A DNA stretch of 64,000 nucleotides from Burkholderiales bacterium (GCA_036787045.1 DAIQQA010000002.1:21277-85276), one strand, 5' to 3'; positions 10,370 to 25,687 are shown, counted from the stretch's first letter. Notes: generated from the sequence alone by a model not told the origin. Made by a program: numbers and translations.

Positions 10370-11347
10370 TCAGGCCACGGCGATGTCGTCCGGCCGCTCC
10401 AGCCGGTCGAGGAACGCCTGCAGATCCGGTGGGAGCGGTGCCTCGACGCGCACTGCTTCTCCCGAAGCCGGGTGAACAAACTCGACCGCCAGCGCGTGGA
10501 GGAACATGCGCTTGAGGCCCTGTTTGGCGAGCGCCCGGTTGAGCGTGAAATCCCCGTACTTGTCGTCGCCCGCGATGGGGAACCCGAGGTGCTGGAGGTG
10601 GACGCGGATCTGGTGTGTGCGGCCCGTTTTAAGCTCTGCCTCCAGTAGCGTGAAGCCGGAGTAACTGTGCCGAAGACGGAAAAACGTCTGGGACGGAAGC
10701 CCCTCCCGGTCCACGCTCACGCGCCGCTCTCCGGCAGCCGTCACGAACTTGGTCAGAGGCAGCCGGACATCGCGGTGGGCATCGCGCCACTGCCCGGCAA
10801 CCAGGGTCAGGTACCACTTGCGCATGCTGCCTGCGCGGATCTGCTCATGCAGGGCCGTCAGCGCGCTGCGCTTCTTCGCCAGCAGCAGCACCCCCGAAGT
10901 GTCCCGGTCGAGCCGGTGGACCAACTCCAGGAAGCGGGCCTCGGGGCGCTCCAGACGCAACTGCTCGATCACCCCCCGGCTTACACCGCTGCCGCCATGC
11001 GCCGCCACGCCCGCAGGCTTGTCGAGCACCAGGAGCCAGTCGTCTTCGACCAGGACCTGTCGGGAGAGGACGGGTGTCCGTGGTATGGGTGCGGCGGCCG
11101 GGCGTGCGGTCCGTACCGGGGGAATCCGCAGGCGGTCCCCGGCCTGCAATCGGTATGTGGCGTCCACTCGGCTGCTGTTCACGCGCACCTGCCCCGTACG
11201 CAAGATCCGGTATATATGGGTCTTCGGAACCCCTTTCAGCGCCCGCAGCAGGAAGTTGTCGATTCGCTGCCCGGCCGCCTCGTCGTCGATCTCGGTCCAC
11301 GTGGCGGCGTCTGGCCGGGCTTCTGGGCCTTTCCTTAAGCCGTTCAT
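10370..11347 (-). CDS. rluC: 23S rRNA pseudouridine synthase RluC (RluA family)
   Basis: Start reset to ATG 11347 (MNGLRKGPE...). S4 domain (RIDNFLL...RILRTGQVRVN) and catalytic HRLDRDTSG. Divergent from rne, as in many beta/gamma-proteobacteria. Confidence 0.85.
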   Translation of the reverse strand: MNGLRKGPEARPDAATWTEIDDEAAGQRIDNFLLRALKGVPKTHIYRILRTGQVRVNSSRVDATYRLQAGDRLRIPPVRTARPAAAPIPRTPVLSRQVLVEDDWLLVLDKPAGVAAHGGSGVSRGVIEQLRLERPEARFLELVHRLDRDTSGVLLLAKKRSALTALHEQIRAGSMRKWYLTLVAGQWRDAHRDVRLPLTKFVTAAGERRVSVDREGLPSQTFFRLRHSYSGFTLLEAELKTGRTHQIRVHLQHLGFPIAGDDKYGDFTLNRALAKQGLKRMFLHALAVEFVHPASGEAVRVEAPLPPDLQAFLDRLERPDDIAVA

Positions 11348-11459
11348 TTTGCTTATACTATTGAATGCGCCGGAAAGTACACATCTGGCGCCACCGCGGA
11401 GACCGACGTTCCCGCACGATGGCGGGCGGCTCCCCAGGCTCGTGACCTGAATCAATCAT

Positions 11460-11689
11460 GACGGGTTAACGTCGCTGGCCCGAGAAAGTAGCGACCGATA
11501 CACGCGCTCACAGCAAGAGCACCCAATCCCTCCCGAAGCGCGCTTCGGGACCGGCATGGCAAACGCCCATTAGCTATTCGTAGGTCCTCAATTATGGCAG
11601 CACCGGTCGAATAGTCACCAAGCGGGGGGCGCCTCGGGAGGCGCTCGATGTTTGCCGCGCCCGCGAGCTTGAGCGCGGGGGTAAACAGA
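11460..11689 (+). promoter_or_regulatory. putative structured 5' leader of rne
   Basis: 342-nt gap between rluC and rne. Contains a perfect 20-nt palindrome TCCCGAAGCGCGCTTCGGGA (11531-11550) and a GC hairpin GCGCCTCGGGAGGCGC (11629-11644), followed by CCGCGC...GCGCGG just before the SD. E. coli rne is autoregulated through leader hairpins. The 5' boundary here is not determined. Confidence 0.4.
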
Positions 11690-14449
11690 ATGAAACGCAT
11701 GTTGTTCAATGCGACCCAGGCCGAAGAGCTGCGGGTCGCAATAGTAGACGGTCAGAAGCTCATTGACCTGGATATCGAAACCGCAGGGAAAGAGCAACGC
11801 AAAGGTAATATCTACAAAGGAGTCGTCACCCGCATCGAACCCGGCCTCGAAGCCGCCTTCGTCCACTATGGGGCGGAGCGGCACGGGTTCCTGCCATTCA
11901 AGGAAGTAAGCCGCTCCTTCTTCCAATCCGACGTCGACCCGGGCCGTGCGCGCATCCAGGACGTAATGCGCGAGGGCCAGGAGCTGATCGTGCAGGTCGA
12001 CAAGGACGAGCGCGGCAACAAGGGCGCTGCGCTCACCACCTTCATCAGTCTGGCCGGGCGCTACCTCGTCTTGATGCCCAACAACCCTCGCGGCGGCGGC
12101 GTGTCGCGCCGCGTCGAGGGGGAGGAGCGCAACGAGCTGCGCGACCTCATCACCAGCCTGGAGGTGCCTGCCGGGATGAGCATCATCGGCCGCACTGCGG
12201 GGCTCGGACGCTCGCTCGAGGAACTGCAGTGGGACCTCAACTACCTGTTGCAGCTGTGGCGCGCCATCGAGAACGCATCGAAGCAGCAGTCCGGGGCCTT
12301 CCTGATCTACCAGGAGTCCAGTCTCGTGATCCGCGCGATCCGCGACTATTTCCACCAGGAAATCGGCGAGCTGCTGATCGACACCGAAGCGATCTACGAG
12401 CAGGCCCGGCAGTTCATGGCCCACGTGATGCCGGGGAACGTCAACCGGGTCAAGCTGTACAAGGACGACGTTCCGCTGTTCTCGCGGTTCCAGATCGAGC
12501 ACCAGATCGAGACAGCCTACTCGCGCCAGGTCGCCCTCCCCTCCGGCGGTGCAATCGTGATCGACCACACCGAAGCGATGGTGACGATCGACGTCAACTC
12601 GGCACGCGCCACGCGCGGCGCGGACATCGAGGAGACGGCGTTGCGCACCAACCTGGAGGCGGCAGACGAGATCGCTCGGCAGTTGCGCCTGCGCGACCTC
12701 GGGGGCCTGGTGGTGATCGACTTCATCGACATGGAAAGCGCGCGCAACCAGCGCGAGGTCGAGAACCGTCTGCGCGACGCCTTGCGCTACGACCGGGCCC
12801 GCGTGCAGATGGGGAAGATCTCGCGCTTCGGGCTCATGGAGTTGTCCCGGCAGCGCCTGCAGACCTCTCTGGGCGAGACGACCCACATGTCCTGCCCGCG
12901 CTGCCACGGCATCGGACACATCCGCAGCGTGGAGTCCTCGGCACTGCACATCCTGCGCATCCTCCAGGAGGAGGCGATGAAGGAGAACACCGCTGCGATG
13001 CACGCACAGGTCCCGGTCGACGTTGCAACCTTCCTTCTGAACGAGAAGCGCTCCGAGTTCCATGCCATCGAGCAGCGTCTGAAGGTCAGCGTCGTACTGA
13101 TCCCGAACATCCACCTGGAGACGCCCAACTACGCCGTCACGCGGCTGCGCCACGACGAGCTCAACCAGATGGAGCCGCTGCCGGCCAGCTACCGCATGAT
13201 GGACCAACCGACCGAGGCAGAGAAGCCGGCTGTCCCCGGCGCCGAGGTCAAGCCAGTCAGGCCGCAGGCAGCCGTTCAGGGCATCACGCCCGAGCAGCCC
13301 GCACCGGTGCCGGTCGAGCCCACAGCGCCGGCCAAGCCCTCGATCCTGCAGAAGATCTTCGGCTGGCTCACACGCAAACCCGAGGAGAAGCCGGAGCCGG
13401 TCAAGGCCAAGCCACGCGAGCAGCGTCGCCCGTCCCGCGAGGGTGGCCGGCACGAGCGGCGCGGCCGGGACGAACAAGGTGCCCGGCGGCACGGCCAGGG
13501 GGAAGGCACACGCGCGACCCAGCAGCCGCCGCAGCGGCGGGAGCGTGGCGAACGGGGCCAGCAGCGCGGACAGCCGCAACCGGGAGGTCAGCCTGCGCGG
13601 GCCGAGCACGTGGCCCAGACCGACGCCCGCGCCGCTGCTGGGGAGCAGCGCGGCGAACGGCGCGAGCGCCCGGATCGGGGCGAGCGTCGCGAGCGGGCCG
13701 AGCGGCAGGAGCGACCGGAGCGCCAGGAACGGCCAGAACGTCAGGAACGGCCAGGACGTCAGGATCGGCCGCGCGGCGAGAGTGGAGCGCAGGAGGCCGG
13801 AGAAGGTCGCGGCCGCCGACGCCGCGGCAGGCGTGAGCGCGGTGGCCGTGCCGAGGGCGAGGCATTACGGCCTGAGGCCGAGGGAACCCGGCGTGAGTTG
13901 GTGGCGGCAGCAGAGGCGCCTCTGGGGATCGAGCCCAGCTTGGAACAGCGTGGCGACGAACGCGCAGCACCGCTGAGCGAGCCGGTCGCGACCGAGCCCA
14001 TCACAACCGCCCCGCGCGCTTATCGGGAGCCCACGCCAGTAGAGTCGGCGCCAATGCCGTCGGCGTTGACGGTGTCTACGTGGACGCAGCCGGCAGCGGC
14101 AGCGCCTGTCGCGCACACCGTGACCGAGGTCGGGCTGCAGAGACCCGAGCCGGAGCCTGCTGCACCTCCCCGGTACGAACCTGCCGTCGAACCCCGCCAA
14201 ACGACAGCGCCGGCGCTGCCCCAGCCCGAGCCCCTGGCGTATCGTGCGCCGGCTCTAGTGCAGGCCTACACGATTCCCCCTGACATGGTACAGGTGGAAA
14301 CGACCCATGCTGCCGTACCGGCGGAACCCGATGTGCAGGCGGAGAGCCAGCCGCGCAGGGTGCGCCGTCCCCGGCCCGAGGAGACTGCTGTGGAAAGCGA
14401 GCCGCTAGTGCAGGTGGAGACGCGGTCCGCGACGTCCGGCTCCGAATAG
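11690..14449 (+). CDS. rne: ribonuclease E
   Basis: Start at ATG 11690 ([24 protein letters not shown]). S1 domain, catalytic domain, then an Arg/Pro/Glu-rich low-complexity scaffold C-terminal half. Confidence 0.95.
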   Translation: MKRMLFNATQAEELRVAIVDGQKLIDLDIETAGKEQRKGNIYKGVVTRIEPGLEAAFVHYGAERHGFLPFKEVSRSFFQSDVDPGRARIQDVMREGQELIVQVDKDERGNKGAALTTFISLAGRYLVLMPNNPRGGGVSRRVEGEERNELRDLITSLEVPAGMSIIGRTAGLGRSLEELQWDLNYLLQLWRAIENASKQQSGAFLIYQESSLVIRAIRDYFHQEIGELLIDTEAIYEQARQFMAHVMPGNVNRVKLYKDDVPLFSRFQIEHQIETAYSRQVALPSGGAIVIDHTEAMVTIDVNSARATRGADIEETALRTNLEAADEIARQLRLRDLGGLVVIDFIDMESARNQREVENRLRDALRYDRARVQMGKISRFGLMELSRQRLQTSLGETTHMSCPRCHGIGHIRSVESSALHILRILQEEAMKENTAAMHAQVPVDVATFLLNEKRSEFHAIEQRLKVSVVLIPNIHLETPNYAVTRLRHDELNQMEPLPASYRMMDQPTEAEKPAVPGAEVKPVRPQAAVQGITPEQPAPVPVEPTAPAKPSILQKIFGWLTRKPEEKPEPVKAKPREQRRPSREGGRHERRGRDEQGARRHGQGEGTRATQQPPQRRERGERGQQRGQPQPGGQPARAEHVAQTDARAAAGEQRGERRERPDRGERRERAERQERPERQERPERQERPGRQDRPRGESGAQEAGEGRGRRRRGRRERGGRAEGEALRPEAEGTRRELVAAAEAPLGIEPSLEQRGDERAAPLSEPVATEPITTAPRAYREPTPVESAPMPSALTVSTWTQPAAAAPVAHTVTEVGLQRPEPEPAAPPRYEPAVEPRQTTAPALPQPEPLAYRAPALVQAYTIPPDMVQVETTHAAVPAEPDVQAESQPRRVRRPRPEETAVESEPLVQVETRSATSGSE
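13706..13777 (+). repeat. four tandem 18-nt units inside rne encoding (R)QERPE repeats
   Basis: CAGGAGCGACCGGAGCGC / CAGGAACGGCCAGAACGT / CAGGAACGGCCAGGACGT / CAGGATCGGCCGCGCGGC. The protein reads [24 protein letters not shown]. Confidence 0.8.
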
Positions 14450-14453
14450 ACTG

Positions 14454-14977
14454 TCAGGTCGGGCCGTCTCCCGTGCGGCCCAGAGGTCGCACGGGAGCGT
14501 TGCCCTCCAGTTCCCGCCTCAGATGGTCGAGGAGGCCAGAAGCAGCCTCCTCCACCAGATCCAGCACCAGTTCGAAGCCCTCCGTGGTCCCATAGTAGGG
14601 ATCCGGCACCTCGCGATGTTCCAGGTGTGGAGCGAAGTCCAGGAACAGACGCACCTTGTGGCGGTGCTCGACCGGGCTCAGGCGACGCAGGTCCGCCAGG
14701 TGCCCCGTGTCCATAGCCAGCACGTGATGGAACTCGCTGAAGTCCTCGGGCCTCACCTGGCGCGCACGCAGGCGGGAAAGATCGTACTTGCGCTTCCTTG
14801 CCGCGGCCTGGGCACGCGGGTCGGGCGGCTCGCCTGCGTGATAGTCGAGCGTGCCGGCCGAGTCGGCAACGATCCGGCGGGCCAGACCGGCGGCCTGCAC
14901 GCGCTGCCGGAACACGCCTTCGGCCGTGGGCGATCGGCAGATATTGCCCGTGCAGACGAACAGGACTTTGAAAGTGG

Positions 14978-14981
<4 letters not shown>
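14454..14981 (-). CDS. low-molecular-weight protein-tyrosine phosphatase
   Basis: 175 aa with the P-loop [10 protein letters not shown] and a DPYY motif. The GTG start overlaps the uvrB stop (GTGA). Confidence 0.9.
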
Positions 14982-17113
<2,132 letters not shown>

Positions 17114-17254
17114 GGGAGCGCGAGGGCGCGCAGAAAGGACGGCTATTTTCCCATAGCTGGGTGCCTGCCGCCAGCACCGGATTGCGACGCAGTAGAATAG
17201 CGTCCGGCGCAACCGAATGCGCTCGTCTCCCCACCAATTCATGCCCGCATACCC

Positions 17255-18457
17255 ATGAGCGCATCCATACTCACCGGCATCGAAATGGCGCCGCGCGATC
17301 CGATCCTCGGCGTGACCGAAGCCTTCAACGCCGACCCCAATCCTCGGAAGGTCAATCTGGGGGTCGGTGTTTACTACGACGACAACGGGAAGGTCCCGCT
17401 GCTCGAGTGCGTGCGGCGGGCCGAGCGGCAGCTGGTGGAGAACGCCCCGCCGCGCAGCTATCTGCCGATCGACGGCCTGCCCGAGTACGATCGTCGGGTG
17501 CAGGCACTGGTGTTCGGCGAGGACAGCGCTGCGCGCAGCGACAAGCGCATCGTGACGGTGCAGGCCCTCGGCGGCACCGGCGGCTTGAAGATCGGCGCGG
17601 ACTTCCTGCGGCGCGTCGATCCGGCGGCAGAAGTGTGGATCAGCAGCCCGAGCTGGGAGAACCACCGCGCACTCTTCGAGAACGCCGGCTTCGTGGTGAA
17701 GAGCTACCCCTACTACGACGCCGCGACTCATGGAGTCGATTTCGCCGCCATGCTGAATACGCTGGAGGGGTTGCCCGCCGGCACCATCGTCGTGTTGCAC
17801 GCCTGCTGCCACAACCCGACCGGCGTGGACCCGACCGCCGAGCAGTGGACTCGGGTAATCAACGCAGTGAAAGCCAGGGCGCTGGTGCCCTTCCTGGACA
17901 TCGCCTACCAGGGCTTCGGCGACGGCTTGGATGCCGACGCCGCGCCGGTTCGGCGCTTCGCGGAGGCCGGCATGCCGGTGTTCGTGTCCAACTCCTTCTC
18001 CAAGTCCTTCTCGCTCTACGGCGAGCGAGTCGGTGCGCTGAGCGTGGTCGCTGCGAGCAGCGACGAGGCAGCGCGCGTGTTGAGCCAGTTGAAGCGGCTG
18101 GTGCGCACCAACTACTCGAACCCACCGACACACGGCGGCAAAGTCGTGGCGACCGTGCTGGGCGATCCCGAGCTGCGCGCGCTATGGGAGCAGGAGCTCG
18201 GGCAGATGCGCGCCCGCATCCGCAGCATGCGGCAGCAGTTGGTCGACAAGATCCATGCGCGCGTGCGGGGAGTGGACTATGGCTTTGTCACCCGCCAGCG
18301 CGGCATGTTCTCCTACTCCGGGTTGTCGAAGGCGGCCGTGCAGCGGCTGCGTGAGGAGTTCTCCGTCTACGCCATCGACACCGGACGCATCTGCGTCGCG
18401 GCGCTGAACTCGCACAACCTCGACTACGTGACCGAGGCCATCGCGCAAGTCATTTAG
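17255..18457 (+). CDS. class I aspartate/aromatic amino acid aminotransferase (AspC/TyrB type)
   Basis: 400 aa. [22 protein letters not shown], and [16 protein letters not shown] (PLP-binding Lys context). Confidence 0.9.
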   Translation: MSASILTGIEMAPRDPILGVTEAFNADPNPRKVNLGVGVYYDDNGKVPLLECVRRAERQLVENAPPRSYLPIDGLPEYDRRVQALVFGEDSAARSDKRIVTVQALGGTGGLKIGADFLRRVDPAAEVWISSPSWENHRALFENAGFVVKSYPYYDAATHGVDFAAMLNTLEGLPAGTIVVLHACCHNPTGVDPTAEQWTRVINAVKARALVPFLDIAYQGFGDGLDADAAPVRRFAEAGMPVFVSNSFSKSFSLYGERVGALSVVAASSDEAARVLSQLKRLVRTNYSNPPTHGGKVVATVLGDPELRALWEQELGQMRARIRSMRQQLVDKIHARVRGVDYGFVTRQRGMFSYSGLSKAAVQRLREEFSVYAIDTGRICVAALNSHNLDYVTEAIAQVI

Positions 18458-19826
18458 CGGCGCGGCCGGGAGGTGGTACGGGCTCGGGGTCCGGAGCGGA
18501 GCGGGTGGGGTCCGGGCTGCGCTTGCGCCCGAACAGCCTGTCCGTGAGCTGCCCTGCTTTCAGACCGACGGCGGTACCGATCCCTGGAAAAAGGACCGAG
18601 CCCGCGACCGCCCCTGCGACTGCCGTGGTGGTGGGCCTCACGCTGGGATCGCGCAATGTGCCGCCGACCCGTAACGGGACGGCGAGCAAGGGCCCAGTAC
18701 CCTTCAGCTGCGCATCGATACGCCCATCCAGCTGCTGATCGCGAGAGACGGAGATCTCACCGGCCGCCGCGAGCAGCCCGGACTCGACCTCGAGCCCGCT
18801 GAAGTGGTAGCCCTCGCGGTCGATCTCCAGGTGCCCAGTGAGGCGCTCGAAGCGAGTCGAGCCACGGCGTGCAGCGTTGCGCGAGAGAGGATTCCTGGTG
18901 GCTGCTTCCAGGTCGATCTGCTGGAGCACCCCCTCCTCAACCTGGAAACTCGACTGCAGTTTGAGGCTTGCGATCAGCGCCGAGGAATCGCGCGCATGCA
19001 CTGCGAAGCGGGGCTTGGCCTGCAACCGTCCGCTCAGTGCCGCATTCGATGAGAGCAGCCGCGCCAGCGGCTGCACCTCGATGCCCTCGAGTGCGAGCTC
19101 GCCGGCGATCGACCAGGCCGGCCGCCACGTGACCGCGACCGGACCCGCAAGTCTGCCGCCGTACAGGCTGGCAGATAATGCCGATGTGCTGATCCCCTTC
19201 GCGGTGAGCTGTGCGGTCGCTTTGATCCGGTCGAACAGGATGGGCGGGCCGGCAGGTGCCGTCCACCGACGAGCGTCGATGGCAAGCTCGAATCCCCCTG
19301 CGATGGGCGTGGCTGCGATGCGCAGCCGCTCGCCCTGATGCTGCACCCGAATCTCCTTCACGGTGCCGTCGCTGGCAAGTGTTATGAGCCCGTCCAGCGA
19401 AGTGAGTGTCGTGCGTTCGAAACGCAGCGCAACGTCGCTGAGTACGATGCGACGGACGCGCACCCCGGATGGACCCGCGGATGCTGGTCGGGCCGCCATT
19501 CGGCGGAAAAACTCCGCTCTGACCCGGACGCGCTCCAGCCTCACTTCGTCCAGGACGCGGGTATGCGAGAAGAGGTGGAGCAGGCTCGGACGCACGGTTA
19601 TGCGCCCGACCTCGGCCAGAGGGGAGGTGACCTGAATCGCGGTGACTTGCGGCGGCAGGAGCGACAGGCGCAGCGCCGCCAGCTTGACCGGCTGGCCCAG
19701 GCTCTCGCTGGCCCGCGCTTCGACCGATGGGATGAACGCGCCCAGCGGCACCACCCAGGGCGCGGCGATCAGCAGGGCCAGGATCCCGGCCAGGGTGAGG
19801 GTCAATGCTTTGAGTTTGCGAGACAT
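18450..19826 (-). CDS. AsmA-family/AsmA-like membrane-anchored protein
   Basis: 458 aa. N-terminal anchor (LTLTLAGILALLIAAPWVV), long beta-rich body, C-terminal region resembling the AsmA C-terminal domain. Family assignment is from recollection only. Confidence 0.5.
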   Translation of the reverse strand: MSRKLKALTLTLAGILALLIAAPWVVPLGAFIPSVEARASESLGQPVKLAALRLSLLPPQVTAIQVTSPLAEVGRITVRPSLLHLFSHTRVLDEVRLERVRVRAEFFRRMAARPASAGPSGVRVRRIVLSDVALRFERTTLTSLDGLITLASDGTVKEIRVQHQGERLRIAATPIAGGFELAIDARRWTAPAGPPILFDRIKATAQLTAKGISTSALSASLYGGRLAGPVAVTWRPAWSIAGELALEGIEVQPLARLLSSNAALSGRLQAKPRFAVHARDSSALIASLKLQSSFQVEEGVLQQIDLEAATRNPLSRNAARRGSTRFERLTGHLEIDREGYHFSGLEVESGLLAAAGEISVSRDQQLDGRIDAQLKGTGPLLAVPLRVGGTLRDPSVRPTTTAVAGAVAGSVLFPGIGTAVGLKAGQLTDRLFGRKRSPDPTRSAPDPEPVPPPGRAAK

Positions 19827-19890
19827 GAGCCGCAGGCCCGCCGCATTGACCGACTATCGAGCCGTCTGTATGATACGCGCCTTCGCGAGT

Positions 19891-19966
19891 TCCCCGATAG
19901 CTCAGTCGGTAGAGCGACGGACTGTTAATCCGCAGGTCCCTGGTTCGAGCCCAGGTCGGGGAGCCA
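19891..19966 (+). tRNA. tRNA-Asn (anticodon GTT)
   Basis: TCCCCGATAGCTCAGTCGGTAGAGCGACGGACTGTTAATCCGCAGGTCCCTGGTTCGAGCCCAGGTCGGGGAGCCA. Acceptor stem TCCCCGA/TCGGGGA, anticodon loop CTGTTAA, GGTTCGAGCC T-arm, encoded CCA. Confidence 0.95.
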
Positions 19967-20106
19967 ACCACTCCCTCTTCCCAGCGTGATACAAGTTTTG
20001 GGCCAAGCCCGATGCGCGTCTCGCGCGTTGACGCAACGGCCAGCGCTGCGTTGCGCGGAACGGCGCAGCTGTTCTATCCTGCCGCGTTGATTACGCGCGG
20101 ATTCCC

Positions 20107-20907
20107 ATGTCGGTCACCATCAAGACCCCAGACGAGATCGAGAAGATGCGCGTCGCTGGCCGCCTCGCCAGCGAGGTGCTCGACTTTGTCACACCACACG
20201 TCAAGGCTGGCGTGACTACCGACGAGTTGGACGCACTGTGTCACGACTACATGGTAAAAGTGCAAAAAACGGTGCCGGCGCCGCTCAATTACGCGCCGCC
20301 CGGCTATCCGCCCTACCCCAAGTCAGTGTGCACGTCGGTCAATCAGGTGGTGTGCCACGGTGTGCCTGGAAGCAAGCGCCTGAAGGCCGGCGACATCGTC
20401 AACATCGACGTGACCGTCATCAAGGACGGCTATCACGGCGACACCAGCCGCATGTTCTATGTGGGCGAGCCGTCCATCCAAGCCAGGCGGCTGGTCGAGA
20501 TCACCTACGAGTGCATGTGGTTCGGCATCCGCGCGGTGCGGGCGGGCGGTTTTCTCGGGGACATCGGCCACGCGATTCAGAGTCACGCGGAAGCGCACGG
20601 GTTCAGCGTCGTGCGCGAGTTCTGCGGTCATGGCATCGGCCGGCGCTTCCATGAGGAGCCGCAGGTGCTGCACTATGGCCGCCCGCAGACCGGGCTCAAG
20701 CTGCAGCCCGGGATGATCTTCACGGTCGAACCCATGATCAACGCTGGCAAGGCGGGCATCCGCCAGCTCGCCGACGGCTGGACCATCGTCACCAAGGACC
20801 ACAGCCTGTCGGCGCAGTGGGAGCACACCGTTCTGGTGACTGGAACGGGGTTCGAGGTACTCACCCTTTCGACCGGCTCGCCCCAGCCTGCGGCACTCGC
20901 CGCCTGA
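20107..20907 (+). CDS. map: type I methionine aminopeptidase
   Basis: 266 aa. Metal-ligand context DIVNIDV, HGIGRRFHEEP, EHTVLVT. Confidence 0.95.
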   Translation: MSVTIKTPDEIEKMRVAGRLASEVLDFVTPHVKAGVTTDELDALCHDYMVKVQKTVPAPLNYAPPGYPPYPKSVCTSVNQVVCHGVPGSKRLKAGDIVNIDVTVIKDGYHGDTSRMFYVGEPSIQARRLVEITYECMWFGIRAVRAGGFLGDIGHAIQSHAEAHGFSVVREFCGHGIGRRFHEEPQVLHYGRPQTGLKLQPGMIFTVEPMINAGKAGIRQLADGWTIVTKDHSLSAQWEHTVLVTGTGFEVLTLSTGSPQPAALAA

Positions 20908-20918
20908 TCGGGCGCAGC

Positions 20919-23528
<2,610 letters not shown>

Positions 23529-23533
23529 GCCTG

Positions 23534-23744
23534 ACCGCAGAGGCGCGGAGACGCAGAGGACCCGAGGAGAAGAAACGAGGAAGATCGGCGCGAGGCTCGC
23601 CGGCGCAATGAACGCAATCGAGTAGAGTGACCAGCTCGCTGTGAGTCCGATCACCTGTCCAGCGTCAGATCTCATGTCCGGTGACCACGAAGGGACAGCC
23701 GTTTCTTCCTCTGCGTTTCCTCTGCGTTTCTGCGCCTCTGCGGT
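23534..23744. repeat. composite hairpin element A (CGCAGAGG-type arms)
   Basis: Left arm ACCGCAGAGGCGCGGAGACGCAGAGGACCCGAGGAGAAGAAAC. Reverse complement of the right arm: ACCGCAGAGGCGCAGAAACGCAGAGGAAACGCAGAGGAAGAAAC. Core is about 125 nt. Lies between the convergent glnD and flhB-like genes; the right terminus touches the flhB-like stop codon. Confidence 0.8.
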
Positions 23745-24049
23745 TATGGGGTAGACCGCGGAGCGGCAGGGAGTAATGGTAGGCCTTCCCCGCGCTCGAT
23801 GCGGTACAACCACGCGAGCAGCTCCGCCACGGCGACGTAGAGCTGCGGCGGGATATGCTGGTCCAGGTCCACCTGCATGAGCAGCGCGACCAGCTCCGGC
23901 GACTCGTGGACGTACACGCCGGCGTCACGCGCGCGTTCGACGATGGCCTGCGCGAGCAATCCCCGGCCTTTGGCCACGACGCGGGGAGCCCCTTCCTCCT
24001 CCTGGTAGGCCAGGGCGACCGCCAGATTCGGTGGATCAGGCTGGATCAT
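23744..24049 (-). CDS. standalone FlhB C-terminal-domain protein (EscU/YscU/HrcU switch-domain family, YlqH-like)
   Basis: 101 aa, no TM region. LAVALAYQEEEGAPRVVAKGRGLLAQAIVERARDAGVYVHESPELVALL...ELYVAVAELLAWLY matches the post-cleavage FlhB-CC subdomain. Confidence 0.75.
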   Translation of the reverse strand: MIQPDPPNLAVALAYQEEEGAPRVVAKGRGLLAQAIVERARDAGVYVHESPELVALLMQVDLDQHIPPQLYVAVAELLAWLYRIERGEGLPLLPAAPRSTP

Positions 24050-25136
24050 CGGTCGCTACCGAAAACCCTGAAAGCGTGAGCCCGGCCTCTCGCAGCGCGT
24101 CGGCAAGCGCACCCTGCCCGTCCCGTAGGAGGCCCGCGGCTACCCCGTCATCCGCAGCGAGGCGCAAGCGCACACGGCCGGCGCTCAGGCCCAGCTCTGC
24201 GCTCACCTCGCCCAGCCGGGGCAGCGTCAGTCGCAGATGCGTGGTCCACGGCGCTGGCTCAGCGCGTGCGGTGTCATGTTCGGGCGGCTCCTCGATGCGC
24301 CATTCGAGTGGCGTCCCGGGCCAGGCCTGCCCGTGCCAAGAAATCTGGCGGTGCTCGATAACGTCGAGCTGACTGCGGATCTGGGCGAGCGTTTGGGCGT
24401 CGAACGGCTGCGCGTCGCGCCGGGGCTCGCCTGTCTGCGCACGCGGGACGCCGGCGTCGGGCGCAGACGTCACGGGGTTGCGGACCGGTTCCGCATCGAG
24501 GTCCTGGGGACTCGGCGGAGAGGGCGGGGAAATCGTCGACAGCCGCCCCTGGGGCTCGTGCAGCAGCGCCGCGAGCGGCCGCTCCCCCGCAAACCACTGC
24601 ATCAGGTGCGACTCGTAGAAGAGCCCGCTGCGATCCACTGTACGCTGGAACGCGGAAGCCAGGACCGCGGCCGTACTTGGCGGGCCCGGCAGGAGCGGCA
24701 CCGGGTCCTCGACTGGTGCAGGCGACGGGGCTGCCGAGCGTGCGACGTTCGCTTCGTTTTGCAGCGCCGCGGTGAGCACGCGTCCGGCAGCGCTGATCTG
24801 GACCTGTGGCGGCCGACCAGGCAGGGCATTCTCGGCGGCTTGCCCCTGGCCGGCGTCGGTCAGCACGGCAAAGGCGACACGCGGAGAAGCGGACAAGAAC
24901 TCGAGCCGCAGCGCATCGCCCACCTGCGCCTTGACCGGCAGCTCGACGTCGAACTGGAAGGTGGCCACGCGGATCTGATAGCGCCCGCCAGGCAGCTCGC
25001 GCTCGACCTGGGCGGTCAGGCGTTGCCCAGATGTCCAGGGCACTTGTGGCCCATGGGCCTCGTCGCTCGTTCCGGTGAGCGACGCGTCGACCGCCGTGCG
25101 CAGTGCGAGGACCTGGGCCTGCAGGGTCACCGCCAT
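24036..25136 (-). CDS. FliK-like flagellar hook-length control domain protein
   Basis: 366 aa. Pro/Ala-rich middle and a C-terminal block (LRLTLPRLGEVSAELGLSAGRVRLRLAADDGVAAGLLRDGQGALADALREAGLTLSGFSV) typical of the Flg_hook/FliK C-terminal domain. Overlaps the flhB-like start by 14 nt. Confidence 0.65.
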   Translation of the reverse strand: MAVTLQAQVLALRTAVDASLTGTSDEAHGPQVPWTSGQRLTAQVERELPGGRYQIRVATFQFDVELPVKAQVGDALRLEFLSASPRVAFAVLTDAGQGQAAENALPGRPPQVQISAAGRVLTAALQNEANVARSAAPSPAPVEDPVPLLPGPPSTAAVLASAFQRTVDRSGLFYESHLMQWFAGERPLAALLHEPQGRLSTISPPSPPSPQDLDAEPVRNPVTSAPDAGVPRAQTGEPRRDAQPFDAQTLAQIRSQLDVIEHRQISWHGQAWPGTPLEWRIEEPPEHDTARAEPAPWTTHLRLTLPRLGEVSAELGLSAGRVRLRLAADDGVAAGLLRDGQGALADALREAGLTLSGFSVATDDPA

Positions 25137-25185
25137 TGCTGATCCCCCCGGCCATGGCCGCGGGACAGTGCCTCCGGGCGGTGGA

Positions 25186-25590
25186 CTAGATGCGCAGCTT
25201 GCGGTAGAGCGCGACGATCAGCTCGGCTTCGCCCCGGGAGATGCCGCAGCGACTGGACACTTCCGAGGCGCTGAGTCCCTGGCGGGCCATCTGGATCGCG
25301 TGGTTGTAAGGCGAGACGGCAGGGGGCGTAGCCGACTTCAGGCGGTCCAACTCGCTTTGCAGCCTTACCACCTGGCTGCGCAGTTCGCCGATTTCCAGGC
25401 TCAACGCGTTCAGGGCCTGGCCCTCGGAGCTGGATGCCGTGCGTGCCCACGGATTCACCCGGCGGCCCGACCAGCGCAGCAGGAGCAACACTTCCGCCAC
25501 GTAGATGGCCAAGACGGCGATAACGACGACCAACAACTCACGCCAGGTAATGACCAGGGCTTCCACTGCGCGCTCCCACCGCTTCGCCAC
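25186..25590 (-). CDS. DUF2802-like flagellar-cluster protein (TM + coiled coil + C-terminal HTH-like segment)
   Basis: 134 aa. TM helix LLVVVIAVLAIYVAEVLLLL and a C-terminus QMARQGLSASEVSSRCGISRGEAELIVAL resembling DUF2802 proteins found in flagellar loci. Confidence 0.55.
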   Translation of the reverse strand: MAKRWERAVEALVITWRELLVVVIAVLAIYVAEVLLLLRWSGRRVNPWARTASSSEGQALNALSLEIGELRSQVVRLQSELDRLKSATPPAVSPYNHAIQMARQGLSASEVSSRCGISRGEAELIVALYRKLRI

Positions 25591-25687
25591 ACGAACCGCA
25601 TCGAGTTTGCTACTTTAGGCAGTGGGCGTCAACACGGGCCATCGGCAACGGATCGGTTGACATTTCGGCGAAGGAGCCGGGCCGGTT

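Noticed and set aside
11615-13609. 664-aa minus-strand ORF
   Set aside because: Antisense to rne. Low-complexity composition, no start context, and no family motifs.
17114-17254. LexA/SOS box upstream of uvrB
   Set aside because: No CTGT-N8-ACAG-like palindrome is visible in the 141-nt divergent region.
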